Both the position numbers and the translations under genes were made by a program. Shown here piece by piece: positions 1-7,341 of a stretch of DNA of 14,152 nucleotides. Numbering within the stretch: the first letter of the stretch is position 1; each line of letters opens with the position of its first letter. The stretch lies in NCBI GenBank assembly GCA_013151855.1, contig JAADHM010000114.1, positions 1 to 14,152 on the forward strand. Direction: 5' to 3'. The notes beneath the pieces are model-generated. The model was not told the DNA's origin and searched no databases. It saw only the letters and a program-made list of their open reading frames with translations. This DNA is from FCB group bacterium. Lineage in GTDB: Bacteria > Zixibacteria > MSB-5A5 > GN15 > FEB-12.

Positions 1-1468
1 TAATGCCACCATCGGCAGAACGTCCGACCATCGCCGTTCCGGTATCGGTTACGGGACGATTTATGGTCCAAATAACATCGGTGCTATCAAACACCTGTGT
101 TTTGACACGAATAACTTTAGTGGAGCTAAAAGCTCCTTCGCCAAAGACAAAAAAGCGCGAGGAATCTATGTGACCGCTGGGGTCGAGATAAAGTTGAACC
201 AAACCGGAATCAGTACCGACCCTTAAAGTGTCATCCCAAGCGTTTAAAGCATAAACGACATTTCTGCGATTGGCCGTTGAAGTATCGGAAGAATCGACAT
301 AAATCTTGTTCCACGTATTACCGCTATCATTGGAAACAAACAAACCGGCTTCTTCTGCCGCCAGATAAAGACGATTACGAATAACGGCAAAATCAGATAC
401 GGTTCTATTTTGCCCGACAACCTCCGTAAAAGAGCTTAACGGAGAAAAACTGTCTCCAAAATCAGTGGAAACAGCCAAACCGGTGGAGTTATGAAAAATA
501 GTATCTTCGGTACCCACCAACAGTTTACCGCCAAAATCAATCATAGCCGTTATAAATAACCCCGGCAAACCGTCGGATTCAAAACGAGAGATAAAAGGAG
601 CCCCGGTAGCTAAACCTCGGGTAAAGCCTTTATTTCCTCCGAAATAAACATAATTGCTATTTCCGCCCGAACAGTTATTACAAAATACAATCGTGTTGAT
701 TCTTTTCGAGAATGGTTTTTCTCTCGGGGTGGCAAAAATATACTGAAAAAAGCCGGCGGCGGTTCCCGCCCACACGAAAAGAGAGTCCCCGTGAGAGGTA
801 TCAGCGACACAGGAGAAATAGCGGTTCCGCAATGAGGGCGGCTCGGTGGAAGTATTAAACTGTATCGAATCGGAAGCGGAAGGATAAATTCTCCGCCAAC
901 TCATGCCACCATCGCGAGAAGCCAAAAATCCTCCCGCAAAAGCGGTAAAAAACAGCCAGTTATCGCCCGGTTGCGCCGGGTCAAAATGGCCGGTGATATC
1001 AAAGATGGAACGGTCTCCCCCCCATACGTAGGGAATATTAAGCGAATCGAAATTTATTTGTTTCCAAGTATTGCCATTATCATCGGAATATGAAAGACCG
1101 TCGGAAATTGCCATCAATTCTCCCGATACCCGCTGGTCATGGTTGGAGGCTATCCAAATACGTTGCCCGGAAACGGTAGGAATGGAATAAATTGCCGAGA
1201 TGTTATTACTAACCAAACCGTTGGAGCTATCGTATGACAACCACGTCTGACCGTTATCAAAAGAAAAATTCAACCCTTCGCCGGTAGCAAACCAGACTCC
1301 CACGCTATCTCCAATAATATCAACGACAACATTGCTGACATACCCCGTATCGGGCTGGTCAAAACTGCTTATCACTTCCGCCGACAAAAAGACGGGGAAC
1401 AGTATCATCATTAAGGGAAAAACAAAAATATAAACATAAAGATTTTTTATTTTCACATCATACTCCAT
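1..1468 (-). CDS. Secreted BNR/Asp-box repeat (sialidase-like beta-propeller) protein, N-terminal part only; the C-terminus runs off the window start. The N-terminus is MEYDVKIKNLYVYIFVFPLMMILFPVFLSAEV, a signal-peptide-like sequence. Repeated S-x-D-x-G-x-T-W boxes are SFDNGQTW, SDDNGNTW, SRDGGMSW, SNDSGNTW, STDFGDSF and SADGGI.
   Basis: I translated the minus strand by hand from the ATG at 1466-1468 and read through to position 1 without a stop (at least 489 codons). The ORF track lists only one short alternative-frame ORF here, which fits a long ORF with no in-window stop. At least five Asp-box motifs sit at regular spacing. There is a hydrophobic N-terminus and an in-frame stop about 60 nt upstream of the ATG. 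Confidence 0.7.
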   Translation of the reverse strand, partial: MEYDVKIKNLYVYIFVFPLMMILFPVFLSAEVISSFDQPDTGYVSNVVVDIIGDSVGVWFATGEGLNFSFDNGQTWLSYDSSNGLVSNNISAIYSIPTVSGQRIWIASNHDQRVSGELMAISDGLSYSDDNGNTWKQINFDSLNIPYVWGGDRSIFDITGHFDPAQPGDNWLFFTAFAGGFLASRDGGMSWRRIYPSASDSIQFNTSTEPPSLRNRYFSCVADTSHGDSLFVWAGTAAGFFQYIFATPREKPFSKRINTIVFCNNCSGGNSNYVYFGGNKGFTRGLATGAPFISRFESDGLPGLFITAMIDFGGKLLVGTEDTIFHNSTGLAVSTDFGDSFSPLSSFTEVVGQNRTVSDFAVIRNRLYLAAEEAGLFVSNDSGNTWNKIYVDSSDTSTANRRNVVYALNAWDDTLRVGTDSGLVQLYLDPSGHIDSSRFFVFGEGAFSSTKVIRVKTQVFDSTDVIWTINRPVTDTGTAMVGRSADGGI

Positions 1469-1683
1469 AAAAAAATAGCCGCACAAAAATATTCCATAAA
1501 GTACGGTAAAAATTTTAATTCTATTCTATCAACATATAAATATAGAAAAACTCACTTACTATTATTTGACGAAAATAGGCAAAAAATAATTCAATCGCAA
1601 GTTAATTAAAGATAATGATTAAAAAAGATTTTAGTGAAAATGAAATGATTATCAAAAAAGTATTGATTAGGATACCATAAACT

Positions 1684-3084
1684 TTACGGAATTAAGTTTT
1701 TCTCAAAAGTTATAGCGTTTAAAACCGAATCCACGTAGAAATAATTTTCGGGACGAAAAGGAGCAAAAAACAACTTCACTTCTTGCGGGTCAAAAGTTGT
1801 TATATCATCCCCTTTTGCTTTGGCATACTTTTCCCGTTGAATGAAAATTTCAGCATACATCATAGCATCGGTTAGAGATACGTTGACCCAATAAAAACGA
1901 TGTCCCCATTTCTCAGAGTTTTTCAACTTAAGATGGGGAAAAGCCGAAGATATTCTTTTGGTAAGACGATACATAGCGTTAAAATTGGGCATTTTAAAAG
2001 CGGGCACAATCAAATAATCGGAAGAGTATATCCCCCCGAACATATTTTTTAAATATTTAGAATCGGTTTCAGATATTTTAAAAGCCCAGAAAGGGAACAT
2101 TTTATCGTTTTTATTACTTGGGGATTCCGTGATAAAAACCTGCTCTTCCAAAAGAGAGTTTTTCTCCAAAGATATAAAAGTATCACAATTGCGACATATA
2201 TAAACAAAAGATTTAACCGCCGGCAGGTCTTCCCCGCAAGTCGGACAACGATGAGCGCTGACCCGCAAAGAACCGAACTTTATTTGAGGATTATCGAAAG
2301 AAGAGTGGTCGGTATCATCCAAATGAGAAAGATGGTTGACCATTCGCCCTGACACACCATCGACAATATAGCGATGGAAGCCTCCGTTGGTATATGATTC
2401 AAAAATAAAATAAGGGAAATATACAATGGAAGCTTTGGGATAGAATATTCTGGTTTTATTGGAACCCAATTCATTTTGGTCAATATTGTCAATAAGCTCA
2501 ACTTTATTTAAAATATTTTTACGAATATCCTCCCATTGTTTCCCAACCGGAAGGGTATCGAAATCTTCTTGAATATTATCAGAGGAATAAGGTTCCATTT
2601 TTATGTATTCCGCCCGCAAACCAAGGGAAGGGGGAATGCCTTCAAAATAATTACCGGCGGAAATAGTATTCATATAAGGAGAAAGGGAAATTTCTTCCCT
2701 TTCTCGTTCATAACTCACTTCTTGATTATAGCGGCTCTCCTCGACGACAATGGCTTCATATTTCTTTTTTCGATACCTTAACAAAACGGCATCAATTTTC
2801 CAAAAAGGATAATAAAGCTGTTTCAATTGTAAACTAGAATTGGTCAAAGGAAGATTATTTTCTTTCAAATATTTATTTATTCCAAAGCGAGCCTCGGGTT
2901 TGTTAACTTTTGCCTGAATCAGATAAGCAGGCGGAAGATCCGGTAATTCGATTCTAAATATCGACCCGCAATGGGGGCAAGAGGTAACAAAAAAATCATC
3001 CTCTAATTGAAGCTCGCCACCACAGCCGGGACAGGTCATCCCGATATAGAAACTGGCTTTACGATTTTTGGGTATCATCATCAT
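1684..3084 (-). CDS. Hypothetical protein of about 466-474 aa with two Cys4 zinc ribbons. The first is CPGCGG..CPHCG at residues 26-47, the second CPTCGED..CRNCDT at residues 288-308. Each ribbon is followed by a domain carrying a PFW motif (YYPFW at 99-103, MFPFW at 337-341), which suggests an internal duplication. No family recognised.
   Basis: Long ORF in the six-frame track with the stop at 1684. The start is ambiguous: GTG 3108 would overlap the upstream gene by 50 nt, ATG 3084 overlaps by 26 nt, and ATG 3039 gives MTCPGCGG with a 17-nt gap but no SD. I chose ATG 3084 as a compromise. The protein is rich in Tyr/Phe/Lys and has no TM helix or signal peptide. Confidence 0.55.
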   Translation of the reverse strand: MMMIPKNRKASFYIGMTCPGCGGELQLEDDFFVTSCPHCGSIFRIELPDLPPAYLIQAKVNKPEARFGINKYLKENNLPLTNSSLQLKQLYYPFWKIDAVLLRYRKKKYEAIVVEESRYNQEVSYEREREEISLSPYMNTISAGNYFEGIPPSLGLRAEYIKMEPYSSDNIQEDFDTLPVGKQWEDIRKNILNKVELIDNIDQNELGSNKTRIFYPKASIVYFPYFIFESYTNGGFHRYIVDGVSGRMVNHLSHLDDTDHSSFDNPQIKFGSLRVSAHRCPTCGEDLPAVKSFVYICRNCDTFISLEKNSLLEEQVFITESPSNKNDKMFPFWAFKISETDSKYLKNMFGGIYSSDYLIVPAFKMPNFNAMYRLTKRISSAFPHLKLKNSEKWGHRFYWVNVSLTDAMMYAEIFIQREKYAKAKGDDITTFDPQEVKLFFAPFRPENYFYVDSVLNAITFEKNLIP

Positions 3085-4192
3085 TTGTAGGCTTACCGCA
3101 TTCACCACAGAACTTAGACCCGGGAATCAATTCCGCAGAACAATGCGGGCATTTCGGTTTAGCATCGAGTTTATATCCGCAAAACAAACAATAATTCGCC
3201 TCCGTCGGCAGTTCCTTATGACAGGAAGGACATTTGTTTTGAACGAACATTTGATGACCGCAACGATAGCAATAACGAGACTGTTCCGGGGTATCCGAAT
3301 GACATACCGGACAGGTAACCGTAGCGACCGGCTCTCTTTTTAGCTCTTTTTGTTCGGGAGCAAAAACTTTGTTCATCATTCCGGGCATCACCACCCCCAC
3401 TCCGGCGGCTACTCCCATACCGGCGCCGGCATTGGCCATTCCTCCCGTTCCCCCGATACCTTTAGCCATTTCAAACTTCAAGAATTTATCCAAATCACCA
3501 ACCGCTTCCATACCGGAACGCTGGTCGATTAACTTGCTTACTTCTTCGGGAGGCGTTATGGAAGAGATGTAAAAATCCACCAATTCCAATCCATATTTGG
3601 TAAATTCCGAGATTACAATCTTTTTAAATTCTTCCGCCAGCTCGGTATATATGGCGGGTAAATCCAAAATCGTATCCAGCTTTTCTCCCATTAAGTCGTT
3701 TAAACGAGCCACAATCACATCCCTTAAATAATCCTGAATATCCGAAGTAGTATAACGCGCTTGCCTGCCGACAACAGAGTTTAAAAACAAGATGGGCTCT
3801 TTGATGCGCATGGTAAAAGCGCCATGACCGCGCAGACGAATAAGACCTAATTTACTATCCTTAAAAGTAACCGGATGCTTGGTGCCCCATTTTAAATCGG
3901 TGAATACCTTAAGATTGACAAAATAAACTTCCGCCCTGAACGGTGAATTGAACCCAAAGGGAAAAGCTAACAATCGTGTTAATATGGGTACGTTCAAAGT
4001 TGAAAGAGTGTGCCGCCCGACAGAGAAAGAGTCAGCGACATGACCATCTTTGAAAAACATAGCCATTTGACTGTCACGGACAACCAATTGAGCACCCAAT
4101 TTAAAATCGGCTGAACCTTCTTGAGGAATACGATGAATCATCTCATCGCCGGAGGGGTCAATCCATTCGATTACTTCAATTAATAATGACAT
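3059..4192 (-). CDS. SPFH/Band-7 (stomatin-prohibitin-flotillin) family protein of the COG4260 / YdjI-like type. An N-terminal SPFH-like domain (about residues 1-230) is followed by a Gly/Ala/Met-rich linker ([30 protein letters not shown]) and three tandem C-terminal Cys4 zinc ribbons (CPVCH..CYRCG, CPSCH..CLFCG, CPHCS..CGECG).
   Basis: 377-aa ORF with ATG at 4190-4192. GGGAG sits 5 nt upstream (plus-strand 4198-4203 reverse complement). The domain order SPFH-like core, glycine-rich linker and triple zinc ribbon matches what I recall of the COG4260 / 'putative virion core protein' family that includes B. subtilis YdjI. I cannot run the alignment that would confirm this. Confidence 0.7.
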   Translation of the reverse strand: MSLLIEVIEWIDPSGDEMIHRIPQEGSADFKLGAQLVVRDSQMAMFFKDGHVADSFSVGRHTLSTLNVPILTRLLAFPFGFNSPFRAEVYFVNLKVFTDLKWGTKHPVTFKDSKLGLIRLRGHGAFTMRIKEPILFLNSVVGRQARYTTSDIQDYLRDVIVARLNDLMGEKLDTILDLPAIYTELAEEFKKIVISEFTKYGLELVDFYISSITPPEEVSKLIDQRSGMEAVGDLDKFLKFEMAKGIGGTGGMANAGAGMGVAAGVGVVMPGMMNKVFAPEQKELKREPVATVTCPVCHSDTPEQSRYCYRCGHQMFVQNKCPSCHKELPTEANYCLFCGYKLDAKPKCPHCSAELIPGSKFCGECGKPTNDDDTQKS

Positions 4193-4333
4193 ATTTTCTC
4201 CCGAATTATAATTTAGGTATTTATTGTTATTTTCGTCAGAATTCTGTTTTTCTTGAAAAAAATTTTACGACCAAATTGACTAACAAAATGCCCGGCTCTT
4301 AGTTATTTTAAGACATCGGTTTTTAAAATTAAA

Positions 4334-4362
4334 TTGACACCATCAGAGCTCTGTCTTATATA
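4334..4362 (+). promoter_or_regulatory. Near-consensus sigma70-type promoter. The -35 is TTGACA (4334-4339), a 17-nt spacer follows, and the -10 is TATATA (4357-4362). An A/T-rich tract lies upstream (4319-4333).
   Basis: Read directly from the sequence. It lies 47 nt upstream of the ATG at 4409 that begins the lipoprotein signal peptide, and AAGGA (4394-4398) sits 10 nt before that ATG. This argues the TTG-initiated ORF-track start at 4334 is an artefactual 5' extension. Confidence 0.55.
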
Positions 4363-4408
4363 TGAGAAAGAGAAATACTTCAAAAAACCCGATAAGGAAT
4401 ATAATTCA

Positions 4409-6223
4409 ATGAAAATATTTCGCTTATTACCGTTATTAATACTCATTGGGGGTCTAATGACCTTAATCCCCAGTGGCTGTGATAAATTGATTACCGAAGT
4501 AAACAATAATACCATGTATGATTCTACTTTAGGCTTGGCCTGTTTCAATTGTCATTCCGATGAAGATAATATTTTCCTTCGTCCCAAAGGTCAGTTTAAC
4601 AATTCCGCCCATGCCAATCATAAATTAATCGATGCTACCATAGATTTGAACCATAGTAGTTATAGTGTTGACAATTGCGGAGCACAGTGCCATACTCACG
4701 AAGGTTTCTTAAAAACTTTTGATAGTGTTTCCATTAACAACAACTCCTATTCCGCCATAAACTGCTTCACTTGTCACATGCCCCATACGGGACAGTATAA
4801 TACTTGGAATGCCGATACTTTAAGAGCCATAGATGAATTTGATTATCTGGCTAACGGAGAAGCTTATAGTTTAGGCAAATCAAATATGTGTGCTCACTGT
4901 CACCAAGCTAATAAAAGCGGTTCTTCCATCGGTACTTCCGATTACATTCTCAGCGGTGATTTTGGTCCCCACTTTTCCCCACAAGCTGATATGTTGGCGG
5001 GCAAAGCGGGGTTTTCATTCGACACGGCAACGGTTATCAACAACCCTCATGCTACCGGCGATGGTTGTCTCAATTGTCACTACGGAACCGGACAGGGATA
5101 TACTTTCGGCGAGCATACTTTCCGCCTTGAAGACAAAACTACCGGCGAACAATATACCGCCAATTGTAATATTAGCAGCTGTCATGACAATAATCCCATA
5201 GACAGTTTTTATAGTGCTGAGAATATTGATACTATTATAACTTACACCGATAGTCTGGAAGCACTTTTAAAAAATAGAGATGTTTTAGATACCGCTGATA
5301 CCAACGGAATCGTTTTTTATGCCGATTCCACCGTTAGTTCCGATGTGGCTAAGATTCTTTATAATTATCTTTTGGTAAAACTCGACGGTTCCAAAGGCAT
5401 TCATAATCCCACTTTTACCAAACAATTACTTGAAAGAACCGTTACTAAAGCTGATTCACTCCCTCCCAATGGTGCTTTCAGTGTTGACACGACTTACGGT
5501 TGCGCTCCCTTAACGGTTAACTTCACCGACCAAACCAAAGGAACCGTTAGCGGCTGGTCGTGGGATTTTGGTGACGGTGTGGGGTCTTCTTCGGCAAAAG
5601 ATACCAGTTATACTTTTATCAACCCCGGCACTTATACCGTTACTCTTATTGTTAGCGGATTTATATCAAATGATACGGTCATCAAAACCGATTATATAAA
5701 AGTTTACGGCAACCCGGTAGCTGATTTCAGCTCTAACGACACTTTAGCGTGCGACTCCTCGGGCTCCGGAGTAACGATTAGTTTTAACAACACCTCTTCG
5801 GGGTTAATTGATTCCTCCGCATGGGATTTCGGTGATGGTTCCCCAGTATCTACCGACATTAATCCGACCCATTTATATACTCAACCCGGTGCTTATACCG
5901 TTTCGCTAATTGTGTCTGGACCTTGTGGAGCGGATACAACAGTCAAGCCAGATTATATAGTTATTGATAGTACTGCTCCCACTGCCGATTTTAGTGCCGA
6001 TATTTTAACGGGAGCCGCTCCTCTTGTAGTTAATTTCACCGATTTATCTACTAATGCCATTTCATGGAGCTGGGATTTTGGAGATACGACCGAGACTTTA
6101 ACTTTACAAAACCCCACCCATACTTTTTCCAACCCCGGGACTTATACCGTGACACTTACCGTTTCCAATGGCTGCGGCTCTGACGTAATGATTAAAACCG
6201 ATTATATCGTGGTAACGAATTAA
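4409..6223 (+). CDS. Multihaem c-type cytochrome lipoprotein fused to three C-terminal PKD domains. The signal peptide and lipobox are MKIFRLLPLLILIGGLMTLIPSGC. Four canonical CXXCH sites are CFNCH, CFTCH, CAHCH and CLNCH. CGAQCH (CX3CH) and CNISSCH (CX4CH) are further candidate haem sites. Three PKD repeats carry the WDFGDG / GTYTVTL(I/T)VS signatures.
   Basis: ORF-track ORF 4334..6223 trimmed to ATG 4409. The internal promoter, the RBS and the lipobox (L-I-P-S-G-C) all support the trim. Candidate distal His ligands are interspersed (NHKL, THEG, MPHTG, GPHF, NPHATG, GEHTF). The PKD consensus recurs three times between about 5461 and 6220. The stop TAA is at 6221-6223, followed by a terminator. 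Confidence 0.8.
   Translation: MKIFRLLPLLILIGGLMTLIPSGCDKLITEVNNNTMYDSTLGLACFNCHSDEDNIFLRPKGQFNNSAHANHKLIDATIDLNHSSYSVDNCGAQCHTHEGFLKTFDSVSINNNSYSAINCFTCHMPHTGQYNTWNADTLRAIDEFDYLANGEAYSLGKSNMCAHCHQANKSGSSIGTSDYILSGDFGPHFSPQADMLAGKAGFSFDTATVINNPHATGDGCLNCHYGTGQGYTFGEHTFRLEDKTTGEQYTANCNISSCHDNNPIDSFYSAENIDTIITYTDSLEALLKNRDVLDTADTNGIVFYADSTVSSDVAKILYNYLLVKLDGSKGIHNPTFTKQLLERTVTKADSLPPNGAFSVDTTYGCAPLTVNFTDQTKGTVSGWSWDFGDGVGSSSAKDTSYTFINPGTYTVTLIVSGFISNDTVIKTDYIKVYGNPVADFSSNDTLACDSSGSGVTISFNNTSSGLIDSSAWDFGDGSPVSTDINPTHLYTQPGAYTVSLIVSGPCGADTTVKPDYIVIDSTAPTADFSADILTGAAPLVVNFTDLSTNAISWSWDFGDTTETLTLQNPTHTFSNPGTYTVTLTVSNGCGSDVMIKTDYIVVTN
5461..6220 (+). repeat. Three diverged tandem intragenic repeats of roughly 255 nt, each encoding one PKD domain. 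Recurring nucleotide blocks include tgggattt(t/c)gg(t/a)ga and aaccccgg(c/g)acttataccgt.
   Basis: Repeats are visible at both protein and nucleotide level. They are intragenic, not a CRISPR or mobile repeat. Confidence 0.6.
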
Positions 6224-6234
6224 AATTAAGCATC

Positions 6235-6265
6235 AAAAAACCCGTTAGAGTTACTAACGGGTTTT
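6235..6265. terminator. Bidirectional rho-independent terminator. An A6 tract is followed by the stem cccgttag (6241-6248), a loop agtta, the stem ctaacggg (6254-6261), then TTTT (6262-6265).
   Basis: A perfect 8-bp GC-containing stem flanked by an A-run and a T-run. It lies between the convergent stop codons of the cytochrome gene (6223) and etfA (6287). Confidence 0.7.
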
Positions 6266-6286
6266 GACAAATATATTATTAAAAAC

Positions 6287-7252
6287 TCAACCCTGAAGTT
6301 CCGCTTTGAATTTTTTAGTCAAGGCGGGAACGATGTCAAAAGCGTCGGCAATAATTCCATAATTGGCAATATTAAAAATGGGAGCATCTTTATCTTTGTT
6401 GATAGCCACAATGGTTTTGGATGTTCTCATCCCAACCAAATGCTGGATAGCTCCGGAAATCCCCACGGCAATGTATAATTTGGGATTAACCGTTTTTCCC
6501 GTTTGTCCTACCTGATGAGAATACGATATCCATCCGGCGTCAACGATAGCCCGCGAAGCGCCAAAAGCCGCCCCCAGAGCATCGGCTAAATCTTTAACCA
6601 AAGGTAAATGCTCCGCTCCTTTCATTCCTCTGCCGGCGGAAACGATAATATCGGCCTCGGTAAGATTCAAAGAACCTGCCGATTCCGTTTTCATTTCTTT
6701 GATAATCATTTTCGATTCATAAACGGAATCATCAAGAGTTTCTTCGACAATCTCACCATTACCCTCTTTCGACTCGGGATATATTTTCATTCTAACCGTC
6801 ATCAAAAAAGGACGGTCTTGCTTATTGCTTTTCAATCGGGATAAAACCGAACCGCCATAATTGGGACGGGTGACAACGACATCATCGCCATCAAGATTAA
6901 TAGCAGTAACATCGGAAGCCATAGGGCTTTTTAAAAGAGCGGCCAAACGCGCGAATAAAGCTTTGCCATAAAAAGAAGCAGGACCCATAACGACATCGGG
7001 GGTATATTTTTCGATAATTTTCGCCAAAGCTTTTACATAAATCTCGTCATTAAAATATTTCAACTGAGGATGGGAAACGGCTAAAACTTTTCCTCCTCCG
7101 CGAGAACTCAATTCCCCTGCCAAAGAGGATGCATTTTCAGCCATAACAACCGAGAACAATTCCCCTCCAAGTGATTTTGCCGCCTCAATCAATTCAAAAG
7201 AAGCAGAGACGAGTTTGCCGTCTTTTTGTAAAGCAACTGTAAGTATCTTCAT
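6287..7252 (-). CDS. etfA: Electron transfer flavoprotein, alpha subunit. The C-terminal FAD-binding signature is [51 protein letters not shown]. The N-terminus is [14 protein letters not shown]..
   Basis: 321-aa ORF. The EtfA FAD-binding motif is highly conserved here. The SD AAGGTG lies 5 nt upstream of ATG 7250-7252. No etfB is adjacent on either side. Confidence 0.88.
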   Translation of the reverse strand: MKILTVALQKDGKLVSASFELIEAAKSLGGELFSVVMAENASSLAGELSSRGGGKVLAVSHPQLKYFNDEIYVKALAKIIEKYTPDVVMGPASFYGKALFARLAALLKSPMASDVTAINLDGDDVVVTRPNYGGSVLSRLKSNKQDRPFLMTVRMKIYPESKEGNGEIVEETLDDSVYESKMIIKEMKTESAGSLNLTEADIIVSAGRGMKGAEHLPLVKDLADALGAAFGASRAIVDAGWISYSHQVGQTGKTVNPKLYIAVGISGAIQHLVGMRTSKTIVAINKDKDAPIFNIANYGIIADAFDIVPALTKKFKAELQG

Positions 7253-7298
7253 AACAACACCTTATCTTTATTCGTTGAAAGCCATAAAATTAAATGTA

Positions 7299-7327
7299 AA
7301 TATAAACGAGCTTTTACCTGAAAGCAA
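7299..7327 (-). promoter_or_regulatory. Candidate sigma70 promoter for etfA on the minus strand. On the minus strand the -35 TTGCTT (plus 7322-7327), a 17-nt spacer and the -10 TATATT (plus 7299-7304) appear in that order.
   Basis: Read from the reverse complement of the dus-etfA gap (7253-7341), which has no obvious terminator hairpin. The prediction is weak because the region is AT-rich. Confidence 0.3.
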
Positions 7328-7341
7328 TAATTTTAGTTTAG

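Noticed and set aside
2280-2781. Small ORFs of 73 aa (-) and 81 aa (+) inside the 474-aa gene.
   Set aside because: They are alternative-frame or antisense ORFs, a product of AT-rich sequence, with no start context.
3068-3572. Plus-strand ORFs of 91, 60 and 67 aa antisense to the SPFH gene, including a His/Gly-rich peptide.
   Set aside because: They are antisense images of the Gly-rich linker and zinc-ribbon codons. They have no RBS and are embedded in a well-supported longer gene.
4334-4408. The TTG-initiated 25-codon N-terminal extension of the cytochrome ORF (MTPSELCLIYEKEKYFKKPDKEYNS).
   Set aside because: It coincides exactly with a TTGACA-17-TATATA promoter and the RBS, and the ATG at 4409 begins a canonical lipoprotein signal peptide.
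4890-5201. A 103-aa plus-strand ORF in an alternative frame inside the cytochrome gene.
   Set aside because: The main frame carries the haem-binding motifs, so this alternative frame is spurious.
5461-6223. Whether the C-terminus of the cytochrome/PKD protein is a T9SS (Por) sorting domain.
   Set aside because: The protein ends right after the third PKD repeat (..TDYIVVTN) with no extra beta-rich domain of about 80-100 aa. It also carries a lipobox and the genome uses SD sites, so lipoprotein anchoring is the simpler reading.
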